This document shows positions 8,422 to 18,009 of a stretch of DNA of 62,148 nt, piece after piece. How positions within the stretch are numbered: the first letter of the stretch is position 1; each line of letters opens with the position of its first letter. The notes under the pieces were generated by a model. It searched no databases. It saw only the letters and a list, made by a program, of their open reading frames with translations, and had not been told where the DNA came from. This DNA is from a virus (lineage: Duplodnaviria > Caudoviricetes). The DNA lies in the IMG/VR virus record IMGVR_UViG_3300037010_004533, positions 1 through 62,148 of that record, one strand, 5' to 3'. Both the position numbers and the translations under genes were made by a program.

Positions 8422-9388
8422 GCCTGACCTCCAGTTCGGTCCTGTAGCCTTCCCCCCGGGTGATGCTGTGCCGGGCTGCGCGGATCAGCCATAGGCCATC
8501 CAGGACGCCGAACTTCGTCAGCTCCAGGTTGCAGCCGGCGACGAGCTGGGGATTCCCGGGCAGGGTCAGGGTTGCGTCCCTCTCCCAGGACTTCTTGACG
8601 TGCATGGCGGCCTGGGCGAGCCGCTGGGTGTGGGCCTTACTCTCGGTGCGGCGCCGAACCTTGTGGCGGTCGGGGTGCGGATTTTCGGGCATCGTGGCCG
8701 TCGTGGAGCGAAGCTCCTTTGTGGTGCCGTCGAAGTAGCTGGCCTCGGTGGCGCTCACGACGACCTTCTCGCGGAAGCGGTAGCTCGTCATGTCGGCCGG
8801 GGTGAGGGAGAGGACCTTGGGGAGCTTCTCCAGGGCAAAGAGGTCATGGAACACGAGCTTATCGCCCTTCACGCTGAAGACGATGCCGTGCTCGGCTCCG
8901 ATCCGGTTCAGGAAGCCGAGGTCCGTCTCCCGGTGCTGGGTGGCCCGGGACCATCGGACATCGGGCACCTCCCCGACGAGGGTGAGGCTGTGGTAGGAGG
9001 CCACCTCGTAGGCGATGGACCGGAGGCTCTTGCCCTCGAAGGCCCGGGACTTGGAGGTGCGGAGCGCCGTCATGTTGCCCGCGCCTAGGGCTCGGATGGT
9101 CACGACATCGGGCGGGCCATCCAGCTCGATCTCATCGACTTGGCAGACGCCGGTAGAGAGGAGGGGGCGGCCTTCGTAGCCGAGCGCAGCTTCGATGGAG
9201 GTCCCCTTCACGGGATACCACTGGTTCATCCAGCGGCCCTCGGAATTGTCGAGCTTGACCTCCAGACCGTCGCTCTCGCCCTCCAGGTGGTCCTGGTAGG
9301 CGATCTCGATCAGCCAGGGGTCGAAATACCCGGTCGCGTCCCGGTGGTTCACGAGGAGCTGGGCGATGGGCTTGTCGATCAGCTCCAT
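8408..9388 (-). CDS. Phage late control D / baseplate hub protein
   Basis: YQDHLEGESD, LGYEG and QHRETDLGFLNRI motifs. Confidence 0.9.
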   Translation of the reverse strand: MELIDKPIAQLLVNHRDATGYFDPWLIEIAYQDHLEGESDGLEVKLDNSEGRWMNQWYPVKGTSIEAALGYEGRPLLSTGVCQVDEIELDGPPDVVTIRALGAGNMTALRTSKSRAFEGKSLRSIAYEVASYHSLTLVGEVPDVRWSRATQHRETDLGFLNRIGAEHGIVFSVKGDKLVFHDLFALEKLPKVLSLTPADMTSYRFREKVVVSATEASYFDGTTKELRSTTATMPENPHPDRHKVRRRTESKAHTQRLAQAAMHVKKSWERDATLTLPGNPQLVAGCNLELTKFGVLDGLWLIRAARHSITRGEGYRTELEVRHVAS

Positions 9389-9630
9389 TCCAGGCTCCCC
9401 GCCTTAATCGTGGTCTTCGTGCCGCAGAGGGGGCACTTGATCGCAGGCGTGACCGTGGGGGCGTTCGCGTGGCCGTCCACCTTGAGGCCGGGCAGGCCGA
9501 TGAGCTTGCGGCAGCCGACGCAGCGGTGCAGCCACTTCTCGCCCATGCCGTATTTGATCTCACCGGGCGCCAGCATCTCCTTGGGGCCAGCGATGCGGCA
9601 GCGGAAGGTGGCCGGGTTGGTCTTCGCCAT
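9379..9630 (-). CDS. Small Zn-ribbon hypothetical protein
   Basis: CVGC...PTVTPAIKCPLC; fills the gap between X and D with overlapping ends. Confidence 0.6.
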   Translation of the reverse strand: MAKTNPATFRCRIAGPKEMLAPGEIKYGMGEKWLHRCVGCRKLIGLPGLKVDGHANAPTVTPAIKCPLCGTKTTIKAGSLEWS

Positions 9631-9857
9631 CAGGAAATCCTCCAGGGGGGCAGGGGCGAGGCGTCGGTGGTCGTCTCCTCCTCCAGGATGGGGATGCGGA
9701 CCTTGACGTTCGCGGGCAGGATCGCGGGGAAGCCCAGGTTCAGATTCTCCCGGGCGATAGGCTCGTAGCGTGTCGGGTCGCCGTAGTAGAGATCCGCCAG
9801 GGAGTCCCAGCGGTCAGCCGGGCCGGTCGTGTGGATCAAGTATTCCTTCGCGCTCAC
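9630..9857 (-). CDS. Tail protein X (LysM-like)
   Basis: DRWDSLADLYYGDP...LPPWR signature. Confidence 0.88.
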   Translation of the reverse strand: MSAKEYLIHTTGPADRWDSLADLYYGDPTRYEPIARENLNLGFPAILPANVKVRIPILEEETTTDASPLPPWRIS

Positions 9858-10387
9858 TTCCCGACCTCCGTGACGCTCACGCCGTCCTTGTTCGTGACGA
9901 TCTTCGACTGGACCGCAGGCGACAGGCCCTTCCCTGCCCCGGTCTTCGACTTGATGCCCGTGGGCGGGGTCTTCCGACTGGAGACGACGAGATCAGGGGG
10001 CTTCACCCATTCCCTGAGCCGGATCGTGGCCGTGGCGTGGCGGATCTTGCCATTCGGCCACTGTTCGGCCCTCTGGTGGTCGATCCCCGCCAGGACATAC
10101 TTCCCGGCGTAGACGCCGGAATCATGGCGGCCGAGCACCAGGTCTAGGACCTCGCCAGACTCCATGCAGGCCTTCAGGTAGAGCAAATCCGCCTCGGGAG
10201 ACTCCGTGGTGGAGGTATGGAGCGTGATCTGGAGGGTGATCTCCTCGGGCTTCAGGCCCGTGAGCTGGAGCCGGGTCTTGCCCCCGACGACGGGGTGCTC
10301 CGCCAGCTCCACCTCCTGCTTGTCCTGGAAGTCCGTGGGACCGGCCATGAGGCCGAAGGTCAGGTTTCCGATGCTGCCCCAGCTCAC
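9854..10387 (-). CDS. Tail protein U (P2 GpU-like)
   Basis: MSWGSIGNLTF, AEHPVVGGKTRLQLTG motifs; follows the tape measure gene. Confidence 0.85.
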   Translation of the reverse strand: MSWGSIGNLTFGLMAGPTDFQDKQEVELAEHPVVGGKTRLQLTGLKPEEITLQITLHTSTTESPEADLLYLKACMESGEVLDLVLGRHDSGVYAGKYVLAGIDHQRAEQWPNGKIRHATATIRLREWVKPPDLVVSSRKTPPTGIKSKTGAGKGLSPAVQSKIVTNKDGVSVTEVGK

Positions 10388-12732
10388 TAGAACCTCCTGC
10401 GGGAGTCGCTGCCGCTCGCCCGCTCCAGCTCTCGCTTAATGAGGGGAACGGCCTTGAGGATGGCCTTCTCGACGTTCAGCTCGACGCCGGGGGCCGAGCC
10501 ACGGGCATCGACATGGATGACGACTTGCATCCCGCCCCGGGCGCCGGTGGCCGCCATGGCGAGGCCGCCGCCCGCAGCGAGGCCGCCGCCGATGATCCTG
10601 GGGGCGAGGCCGCGCACCATGGAGGCCGCGCTCGCCATTCGTTCGACGAGGGCTCGTGGATTCATCGACTCGGCGATGGTTTCAAAGAGGCGCAGCTTGT
10701 GGATGTCCGACAGCGGGCCCTCCTTGGCCGGGCTGAAGGGAAGGAAGCGCCGGAGCTTCGTCACGACCGACTTGACCGCCTCGACGGGCTTCATGGCGAC
10801 GGAGACGATGCCCTTGGTGAAGGCCTCCAGGAGCCCCACGCCGGCCTTGAAGGACGGGCCAAAGAAGGCCGTGAAGAAACTGAGGATCTTGCCGACCGCT
10901 CCGATGGCGATGTTCGCCCACTGGACGATCTGGGTGAGCACCTTCACGAAGACGAACAGGCCGGCCACGGCGGCGATCACGGGGAGCAGGAGCGCCCCGA
11001 TCACGATCTTGAGCTGGACCAGGACGAAGGGCTTGGCGATCTCCCACAGCTTCGCAAAGAGGGGCACGAGGGGCTGGATGGCCTTCCACAGGGCGGCGAA
11101 GGCCGCCTTTCCCTGCTCCCAGAGGGTAGAGAGGAGCGGCTTGAGGGTGTTCCAGAACTGGGCACAGGCCGCCTTCATCTGTGCCCAGGCCTCGCCGAAG
11201 GCAGCCGAGACGCCCGGGAAGGTCTTCTTGAACCACGCGGCGATCCGGTCCCAGTTCTTCCAGAGCACGATGCCGACGACGATGAGGGCCACGATGGCAG
11301 CCGTGATCCAGCCGATAGGGGTGGACATGAAGGCCGCACCCAGTGCCCAAACCGCCTTCCCGCAGGACACGAGGGCGGGCCAGAGGCCGGTGGACAGGAA
11401 GGTGCCCAGCCAGGAGAGGGCCGGGGCGAGGCTCGTGATGAGGCTGAAAACCTTCCCGAAGAAGAGGATGAAGCCCCCGCCCACGGCCAGGAGCATCCCG
11501 AAGCCCGTAATGATGGAGACGAGGCCGGCCGCGATCTTGGGGTTCGCCTTCTGCCAGTCGTCAAAGCGTTCCAGCAGTTCGTTCGCCCGGTTCAGGACCT
11601 TCTTCAGGCCCTCGGCCACCGGGGCGAAGAACCGGCCGGCGACGTTCGAGAAGGTGCCCCAGGTGTTCTCCAGGCGCCCGGCGAGGGTCTGAGTCTCGCG
11701 CTTGACCTGCTCGTTTAGGTGCTCGCGCTGGAGCTGGAGCTTGGCCTGCTGATTGAACTCGGAAGTGCCAACCAGGGCCAGCCGGGAGCCTTCGGCGCCG
11801 AAGAGGGTGGTGCCGACGAGGAGCCGCTGCTCCTTGGTCAGGCCCTTGAGCTTCTCGAGCTGGGCGACCATGCGGGGGATGCTCATCTCCCCCTTCTCGT
11901 CGAAGAAGTCCAGGGAGATGCCCTTCGAGCGCAGGAGGTCCCCGGCCTCGCCCCACAGAGCCCCTCGGCTCGCGGAGAGGCGAGTCTTGATCCGGGCGAT
12001 GTGCTCGACGCCCTGACTGATGGCCGTGCCGACCTGAGAGGGGTCGATGCCGGTCTTCGAGAGGGCACCCATGACCGTAGACATCTGCGTAGCGGTGTCC
12101 AGGCCCTCCCAGCCCAGCATCCGGGCGGAGCTGCCGGCATACTTCATCGCCTCGAAGAGGCCTGGCACACTGAGCCGGGAGCTGTTCGCCGTCCGGTTCA
12201 GGATGTCGGCAAACTTGATGGCCTCCTGGCCCGTCAGGTGGAAGGCGTTGGCCGTGGTCGCCATGCCCTCGCCCGCGATCTCGGAGGTGAGGCGCTGGAC
12301 GACCTTCAGGTTCGCGGTGGCCTCCAGGAGCCCGCCGTCGATGACCCCCGCCTCCTGGCCGCCCTTACGGAGGGCCACGATCAGGTCGTAGAAGTCCTTC
12401 GTGCTGCCGGGCAGCGTGTTCCCGAGCTTGAGGGCCTTCTGGCTCAAGCTGTCGAAGTGCTTGTCCATGCCGTCCACGGTGCCCAGGACATTCTTCAGGG
12501 ACACCTCGGACTGCTCGAGATCGCTGAAGGCCTTCACACCCAGGCCCACGCCAGCCAGGAGGCCGGCGCCGGCGGTGAAGAGGCTTCGACCAGCCGCGTT
12601 GAGCTTCTCGGAAGCGTTACGCAGCCGGTCGAACTTCTTCTCGAGCTGGCCCATGGCCTCGCCCGCCCGCCCGGCTGCCTTCGACAGCTCCTCCCGGGCG
12701 GCAATCAACATCTGGAACTTGAAGTCGGTCAT
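10387..12732 (-). CDS. Tail tape measure protein
   Basis: LGNTLPGST core, amphipathic W/F repeats, LPFSPAKEGPLSD C-terminal motif. Confidence 0.92.
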   Translation of the reverse strand: MTDFKFQMLIAAREELSKAAGRAGEAMGQLEKKFDRLRNASEKLNAAGRSLFTAGAGLLAGVGLGVKAFSDLEQSEVSLKNVLGTVDGMDKHFDSLSQKALKLGNTLPGSTKDFYDLIVALRKGGQEAGVIDGGLLEATANLKVVQRLTSEIAGEGMATTANAFHLTGQEAIKFADILNRTANSSRLSVPGLFEAMKYAGSSARMLGWEGLDTATQMSTVMGALSKTGIDPSQVGTAISQGVEHIARIKTRLSASRGALWGEAGDLLRSKGISLDFFDEKGEMSIPRMVAQLEKLKGLTKEQRLLVGTTLFGAEGSRLALVGTSEFNQQAKLQLQREHLNEQVKRETQTLAGRLENTWGTFSNVAGRFFAPVAEGLKKVLNRANELLERFDDWQKANPKIAAGLVSIITGFGMLLAVGGGFILFFGKVFSLITSLAPALSWLGTFLSTGLWPALVSCGKAVWALGAAFMSTPIGWITAAIVALIVVGIVLWKNWDRIAAWFKKTFPGVSAAFGEAWAQMKAACAQFWNTLKPLLSTLWEQGKAAFAALWKAIQPLVPLFAKLWEIAKPFVLVQLKIVIGALLLPVIAAVAGLFVFVKVLTQIVQWANIAIGAVGKILSFFTAFFGPSFKAGVGLLEAFTKGIVSVAMKPVEAVKSVVTKLRRFLPFSPAKEGPLSDIHKLRLFETIAESMNPRALVERMASAASMVRGLAPRIIGGGLAAGGGLAMAATGARGGMQVVIHVDARGSAPGVELNVEKAILKAVPLIKRELERASGSDSRRRF

Positions 12733-12893
12733 TCGGTCGCTGCCTCTTGGGATTCTCGTTCTGCGATGTCGGCGGCGATCTCAAGCCAGTAGGCCGCCTC
12801 GTCAAGGTCGAGGTCCATGACCTCGCGGTAAGTCCAGCCCGCCCACCTCGAGAGCTGAATCAGCCCTTCAGGGTGGACGTAGGGGAGTTTCCC
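12729..12893 (-). CDS. -1 frameshift extension of the tail chaperone (gpE'-like)
   Basis: Slippery G GGA AAC at 12887-12893; the -1 frame reads LPYVHPEGLIQLSRWAGWTYREVMDLDLDEAAYWLE...ATE*, with its stop overlapping the tape measure ATG. Confidence 0.8.
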   Translation of the reverse strand, partial: GKLPYVHPEGLIQLSRWAGWTYREVMDLDLDEAAYWLEIAADIAERESQEAATE

Positions 12894-13207
12894 TGGCCTT
12901 TCTCCATCACGAGGAGCAGGTCCTCCAGCTCCAGGTCCAGCAGGTCCTCGTAGACGGCGGGCTTGCCGTCGATCTGGACCACGGGGGCGATCAGGGCGAT
13001 GCCACGCTCCGATTCGGGTGCCCCCTTCCCCGCCACCCGGTCGGCGCTCACGATGTCCCGGCCCTTCAGGGACCGGGTGATGCGGGCGCTCTTGCCGCTC
13101 ACGGGCAGGGTGAACTCGATGGGATAGGTCCTGGCGGCGGCGACAGCGGCGGCCGTGGTGGTGGGGTCGATGGTGATGGGTTCGGTGCTCATCGGTTCCT
13201 TCCTCAT
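12860..13207 (-). CDS. Tail assembly chaperone (gpE/FluMu gp41-like)
   Basis: Position between tube and tape measure; KGRD...EDLLDLELEDL; slippery site near the 3' end. Confidence 0.82.
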   Translation of the reverse strand: MRKEPMSTEPITIDPTTTAAAVAAARTYPIEFTLPVSGKSARITRSLKGRDIVSADRVAGKGAPESERGIALIAPVVQIDGKPAVYEDLLDLELEDLLLVMEKGQGNSPTSTLKG

Positions 13208-13267
13208 GGGGATCGTGTGGAAGAGGCCCGCCCAGGACGACCCCGGGCGGGCGTTTCAGGGCTCGGC

Positions 13268-13789
13268 CTAGCTGATGCCGAGGTTGGCGCGGAAGGCCGC
13301 GAGGATGTCCTCGCCGCCGACGCGGTGGATGCTGTTCTCGATGTCCACTTCCTCGACATCGGCGGAGTTGACCACGAGGCGGTAGTAAGTCACCTCCATC
13401 GTGTATTCGGGGTTGGAGCCCTCACTGGACTTCAGCTCGCCGACCTTGCGGCCAGAGAACCAGCCGCGCAGGTAGACCGCCACGGGCTCGTCGGTCGTGT
13501 TGCCGTAGCCGTCCCTGGACTTCTGGTTCGCCCGGACCATCAGGCTCACCGTCTTGTTCGGGTTGGCCGTCAGGGCGTGGAAGTCCTCATACATGCCGTT
13601 CATCTTGATGACGGCGGTGAGAGGCTCCATCGCGCCGGGGAGCTTGGGGGTGCCGATCAGGTCGCCCGCCTTGTGCTCGATGGCCTTGTGCTTCACGTCG
13701 GGCAGCGTGATAGAGGCCATGGCCCCCAGGTAGCTCCCGCCGGCGGCGTAGAGGTTGCAGTTCGTGAGCTGCTTAACGCGGATCGCCAT
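13268..13789 (-). CDS. Major tail tube protein (FII-like)
   Basis: YLG...ITLPDV and VTYYRL...EVDIENSIHRVGGED motifs. Confidence 0.9.
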   Translation of the reverse strand: MAIRVKQLTNCNLYAAGGSYLGAMASITLPDVKHKAIEHKAGDLIGTPKLPGAMEPLTAVIKMNGMYEDFHALTANPNKTVSLMVRANQKSRDGYGNTTDEPVAVYLRGWFSGRKVGELKSSEGSNPEYTMEVTYYRLVVNSADVEEVDIENSIHRVGGEDILAAFRANLGIS

Positions 13790-13798
13790 GGCTTCTCC

Positions 13799-15028
13799 TT
13801 ACTTAATCGCGTTGCTGTAGAGGTTCACGTCGAGGTAGGCCTCGAACGTCAGGCGCTCCAGCGGGGCCGGAGGCATGAACCGATAGCCGAGGGTCAGGTG
13901 GCCACCGGCGAGCTGGCTCGAGGGGTTCTTCGCGGCGTCGAAGAAGGCCTTGCCATCGACCACGGCTCCGCGACCGATCAGGACGCGCAGGAAGGCGTTC
14001 GCGTCGTCGAGGATCTGGTCCACGAGCGCCTGGGTGATCGGGGCATCGACATACTGGAAGCAGGCCAGCTCCAGGCTCTCCTCGATCACGTCGGCGGTGC
14101 GCCGGACGGCCATGAAGGTGTCGGGGTCGGAGCTGCCGGGGTAGGCGGCGGAGCGGTTGCCCCACACGCGGTAGCCGGTGCCGTAGCCGGAGTAGGTGGT
14201 CATGATGCCTGCCGCGTTCAGCAGATTCAGGTCCGCATTGATGTCCTGGAAGCTGCCGTCGATGGGGCGCTCCAGGCCGACGACGCCCTTCATCTCGGTG
14301 TTCGAGGGGGACCACCAGTAGCCCTTCTCGATGTCCTTGGCGGCGCAGGCACCGGCCACGAACTGAGACATCGGGCGGAGCACGGTGTTCCCGCTGCCGT
14401 CCACAGCCTTCACAGCCGGGTAGCAGATCATGATGCGCTTGCTGGAGGTGTTCAGGGTGGTGGAGCGGGCGGCGATGGCCTGGGCCGGGGAGAGGCCGGT
14501 CGCGGCATCGACGTAGGCGATGGCCCTGAGCTTGGTGGCGATGGAGTCGAGCTGGCCCATCACGCCGGTCAGGCCGGTGTAACCCGGGGCGATGAGCTGC
14601 TTCGGGGCGAAGCCATAGGTCGGCTTCACGTCCAGCATCGCCATGAGGCCGGTGCGGGTGCCGTCGCCCTTGGTGGTGCCGATGATGTCGGCCGCGCCCA
14701 CCTTGGACGGATCGGGGTTGCCCGTGGTCTGGTGGGCGGGGCTGGAGGGATCGAAGACGTTCACGACCACGATGGGGCCGGCGCCCTGGGCCAGGATGGC
14801 GGCGATGGCGGCAGGGATCGTGTATCCGGTGGTGTCGGGCCCGAAGAACGCGGCGGCGTCCTTGTCATTGGTGATGAGCACCGGCGCGTTCACGGTCTTC
14901 TTGCTCGCGTCGGCGAGGAGATGGATGGGGGCCGAACCGATCAGGCCGATGACGGCGGTGGCGATGGTTTCCACCTTCCGGGGGCCGGTCTGGTATTCGA
15001 TGGTTTCAACGCCGTGCAAAAAGCTCAT
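13799..15028 (-). CDS. Tail sheath protein (FI-like)
   Basis: FLHGVET, GYWWSPSN, VWGNRS and VRRTADVI motifs. Confidence 0.95.
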   Translation of the reverse strand: MSFLHGVETIEYQTGPRKVETIATAVIGLIGSAPIHLLADASKKTVNAPVLITNDKDAAAFFGPDTTGYTIPAAIAAILAQGAGPIVVVNVFDPSSPAHQTTGNPDPSKVGAADIIGTTKGDGTRTGLMAMLDVKPTYGFAPKQLIAPGYTGLTGVMGQLDSIATKLRAIAYVDAATGLSPAQAIAARSTTLNTSSKRIMICYPAVKAVDGSGNTVLRPMSQFVAGACAAKDIEKGYWWSPSNTEMKGVVGLERPIDGSFQDINADLNLLNAAGIMTTYSGYGTGYRVWGNRSAAYPGSSDPDTFMAVRRTADVIEESLELACFQYVDAPITQALVDQILDDANAFLRVLIGRGAVVDGKAFFDAAKNPSSQLAGGHLTLGYRFMPPAPLERLTFEAYLDVNLYSNAIK

Positions 15029-15031
15029 GGC

Positions 15032-15235
15032 TTACTCCTGAGTGGTGGCCGCTTTGCGGTTGGTCTTGGGGGCGGGGGCGGGGGCGGCCTCGGGCACGAG
15101 CTGGCCCACGTAGACGAGCCGCTGGGCAAGCTCGCCGTCAGGGATCTCGACGACGCCCGGGACGAGCACGTAGTCCGTGCCGTCAATAGAGGCCGACTGG
15201 ATCGGGCCGGTGTAGGTGCCCTTGAGGGTGCTCAT
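15032..15235 (-). CDS. Small tail-associated hypothetical protein
   Basis: MSTLKGTYTGP...; coupled between gp37-like and sheath genes; start re-called. Confidence 0.6.
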   Translation of the reverse strand: MSTLKGTYTGPIQSASIDGTDYVLVPGVVEIPDGELAQRLVYVGQLVPEAAPAPAPKTNRKAATTQE

Positions 15236-15756
15236 TTCGGGAACTCCGGGTAGAAGGTGGTGTCCTTGAGGCGACCGCCGATCACAGGCATGGCGCCCTC
15301 TATCTCGCCGCCGCCGAGGATCGGGGCGTCGGTGGTGGGGGGCTCGGCCTGCACGGAGACGGTCGGGATGCAGATGTGCGAGGCGAACTCCCAAACGCCG
15401 TTCTCTTCCGTCGAGAATCCTTCCCTGATGATGTAAGCGCCGCTGGAGGCGCCCGGGGCGACCCAGCCAGTGAGAGCCTTGCGGATCTCGTCCAGCACTT
15501 CGTAGCCGCCGGAGTGGTCCCGAAGGTTGCGGACCAGGAGGTGCAGCTCGAACTCGAGATCCCGCTCCTGAGCCACCACGTCGGCCGAGAACGGCTTTCC
15601 GTAGCGGGAACCCTTGTAGGCGACCAGGACGGCGCCGGTGGGGCTGGTGAAGCGGTATTCAGAGATGCGCTCCGGCCATGCCTCCACGGCGAAGTCGGCG
15701 AGGGCAGGCCACGACAGGAGGCGCGTCACGATGGCGGCTTCGAGGGCACGGATCAC
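15232..15756 (-). CDS. Mu Gp37-like tail completion protein
   Basis: GAVLVAYKGSRY...QER...LDEIRKALTGW motifs. Confidence 0.8.
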   Translation of the reverse strand: MIRALEAAIVTRLLSWPALADFAVEAWPERISEYRFTSPTGAVLVAYKGSRYGKPFSADVVAQERDLEFELHLLVRNLRDHSGGYEVLDEIRKALTGWVAPGASSGAYIIREGFSTEENGVWEFASHICIPTVSVQAEPPTTDAPILGGGEIEGAMPVIGGRLKDTTFYPEFPK

Positions 15757-16214
15757 AGCGTCGTCCCCTCGAAGGTGGTTTCACGGAGCATCCGGCCGCT
15801 GTAGCGGTCGAGCAGCTCGTCGGTGAACAGCGGATCCGGGCCAGAGCGTCGGACGCTGGGGGCCGCAGGAGCGCCCGCGAGCGTCTCCTTCCGGGCGGCG
15901 AGCCGCTCCAGCCGCTTCAGGGCGTCCTTGTAGCGGTCCCGCGAGGGGTCCGTGTCGCCCTGGGGCCGGAGCGCGTGGAGCTTGTAGATGGCGATGTCGC
16001 AGACGATGCCCTTGAGGCTGGGCGGCACGTCGGTCAGGGGAAGGGGATAGCGGGCTGCCAGGAAGTCATCCACCTCGTTGCAGGCGTCGTCCAGGGCGAC
16101 CTGGAGCTTCACCGCGTCGATGGCATCGCCGCGACCAGAGCCGGTGAGCTGGGCCACCAGCCGCTCGTCGTAGCGGGCCGTCACGTCGTCGATGGTTGCG
16201 TAGCTGGCAGCCAC
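15753..16214 (-). CDS. Mu gp36/DUF1320 head-tail connector
   Basis: YATIDD...VDDFLAARYPLPL...CDIAIYKL...RYKDALKRL. Confidence 0.88.
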   Translation of the reverse strand: MAASYATIDDVTARYDERLVAQLTGSGRGDAIDAVKLQVALDDACNEVDDFLAARYPLPLTDVPPSLKGIVCDIAIYKLHALRPQGDTDPSRDRYKDALKRLERLAARKETLAGAPAAPSVRRSGPDPLFTDELLDRYSGRMLRETTFEGTTL

Positions 16215-16217
16215 TTC

Positions 16218-16685
16218 TTACTCCTGAGCCTTGGGCGCCTCGGCGGCGACGGGATTGGAGGCAGCAGCAGCGGAATCAGCGGCGGTAGCGGCCTCTTCCT
16301 GGGCCTTCTGCACGTAGAGCTGCTTCTTGGCCTCGAAGATCAGGCCGATCACCTCGGCGCGAAGGTTCTTCACCTTGGCCTTGGGGCTGGGGTCCAGCTC
16401 GGCGCCGAAGGTCACGGAAGCGTAGGAGCGCAACTCCCGGGCATCCATCGCCTTCAGCGCGTCGGCGGAGGCGAACTTCGCCTCGATCTCGGGGTCCGGG
16501 GTGGAGCAGGCGGCCGGAATCTCTTCCGTGCCGCCCTTCTCTTCCTCGGAGTCCGCCTCGCGGTCTTCGACCACGAGGTTCAGGGCGATCAGCTCCTCCA
16601 CCTCGGACGGCTCCCCGAAGAGGAAGCCGTCCAGGGGGTTGAGGACGCCCTTGAAGTAGTGGGGCTCGGTCACTCGGTAGCGCAT
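16218..16685 (-). CDS. Hypothetical head-associated protein
   Basis: Acidic/Ala-rich ORF coupled between capsid and gp36-like genes. Confidence 0.6.
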   Translation of the reverse strand: MRYRVTEPHYFKGVLNPLDGFLFGEPSEVEELIALNLVVEDREADSEEEKGGTEEIPAACSTPDPEIEAKFASADALKAMDARELRSYASVTFGAELDPSPKAKVKNLRAEVIGLIFEAKKQLYVQKAQEEAATAADSAAAASNPVAAEAPKAQE

Positions 16686-16687
16686 GA

Positions 16688-17626
16688 CTAGCTGACCACC
16701 GTGCTGTAGAGGAAGCCGGCGTCGGCGCCCGCGATGTAGAGGCCGTGCTCGTAGATGTATTCGCCCTCGAAGCTGCGGTTGCTCCGGTTGAACTCGGGCG
16801 CCGTCACGACGGGCATGTTCTCCAGCTCGTAGTTGTAGCCGTAGCTGGGGGTCCGGCGGCTCTTGGAGCCGGTGCTCACGTAGGCGAGCACGGCGAAGGT
16901 GCCCCAGATGTCGCTGAAGGTGTCGGTGTCGTCGGCGACGACGGCCTCACCGGACACGACCTTCTCGAGCTGGAAGAGGCGGGCGAGGTCCTCCAGGCTG
17001 GGGATCTGGCTGGAGGTATACTTCAGCCGGTCCAGGATCTTCGCGTTCTTCTGGAGCGCGGTGAGCACCTTGGGGCCGATGACCAAGGTGTTCGGCCGGA
17101 CGCCGACCTTCTGGCGGATCGCGTCCTTGCCGGTGGCGAGCTGGCCGAACACGTCGCCGGTGTCGGTGTCCCAGCGGTCGGTGGAAGTCACCGTCGCCTT
17201 GTTGCTCGCGCTGTAGTTCGCGGCGTTGGTGGCGAGCACGGCGGCCTCGTTCTCGATCTCCAGCCGGACGTTCTGGCTGATGGTCTGGAGGCTCTCGTCG
17301 AACAGCTCGACATCGGCCACGACGCGAGCCTCTTCGGTCGTCTCCACGGGGACGGAGACGCCGAGAGCGTGCTGCTCGAGGGCGTAGGCCGCAGTCCCGT
17401 AGGAGATGTTGACGCGGGGGATCTGCTCGCCAGGGCCGCGCTTGGTGTTGCGGATCCTGAAGGCATCCTTCCCGAACTGGAGGAGCTGGCCCTTGCGGGA
17501 GCGCACGGGCACCCGGGGGAACAGCCAGTCGGCGATCAGGGGGGCCTGCATGTAGCCCCGCGCCACGTCGGTCAGCAGGGGATTCAGGACTCGGGCCTGA
17601 TCCAGGTTCATGAGGTTGGTGGGCAT
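16688..17626 (-). CDS. Major capsid protein
   Basis: LTDVARGY...LFPRVPV, GVRPNTLVIG and PSYGYNY motifs; position after protease and cement genes. Confidence 0.9.
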   Translation of the reverse strand: MPTNLMNLDQARVLNPLLTDVARGYMQAPLIADWLFPRVPVRSRKGQLLQFGKDAFRIRNTKRGPGEQIPRVNISYGTAAYALEQHALGVSVPVETTEEARVVADVELFDESLQTISQNVRLEIENEAAVLATNAANYSASNKATVTSTDRWDTDTGDVFGQLATGKDAIRQKVGVRPNTLVIGPKVLTALQKNAKILDRLKYTSSQIPSLEDLARLFQLEKVVSGEAVVADDTDTFSDIWGTFAVLAYVSTGSKSRRTPSYGYNYELENMPVVTAPEFNRSNRSFEGEYIYEHGLYIAGADAGFLYSTVVS

Positions 17627-17665
17627 GTGAAGCTCCTAAAAGATGGCGGTTGCGATGGGTTCGGC

Positions 17666-18007
17666 TCAGTAGGCGTAGAGGAGGACCTCGATCACCTTCC
17701 CGGCGCCGGACGCGGCTTCCAGGGCCTTGCCACGGGCCTTGCCGGAGGCCTTGGGCGTGATCCGGCCATCGGCCAGGACCTCGACCTCCGCGCCGGCCGT
17801 GATGGCAGCGCCAGCCTCGACGGCGGCGGTGCCCATCACGTCCACGAGGACGCGATCACCGGAGGCCAGGGCCGGGGTGCGGGTGACGCCCAGGGTGTCG
17901 GCGCCGGCCGCAGGATAGGCGCCGGCAGGGGTGATGAAGCGGCAGGCCGCCAGGGCGCCGCCGGCGATCACGCCGAGGGAGAGGATGGGGCGGAACTGGT
18001 TGGACAT
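17666..18007 (-). CDS. Capsid cement/decoration protein (DUF2190-like)
   Basis: Gly/Ala-rich; GTAAVEAGAAI...ALEAASGAGKVIEVLL. Confidence 0.8.
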   Translation of the reverse strand: MSNQFRPILSLGVIAGGALAACRFITPAGAYPAAGADTLGVTRTPALASGDRVLVDVMGTAAVEAGAAITAGAEVEVLADGRITPKASGKARGKALEAASGAGKVIEVLLYAY

Positions 18008-18009
18008 GG

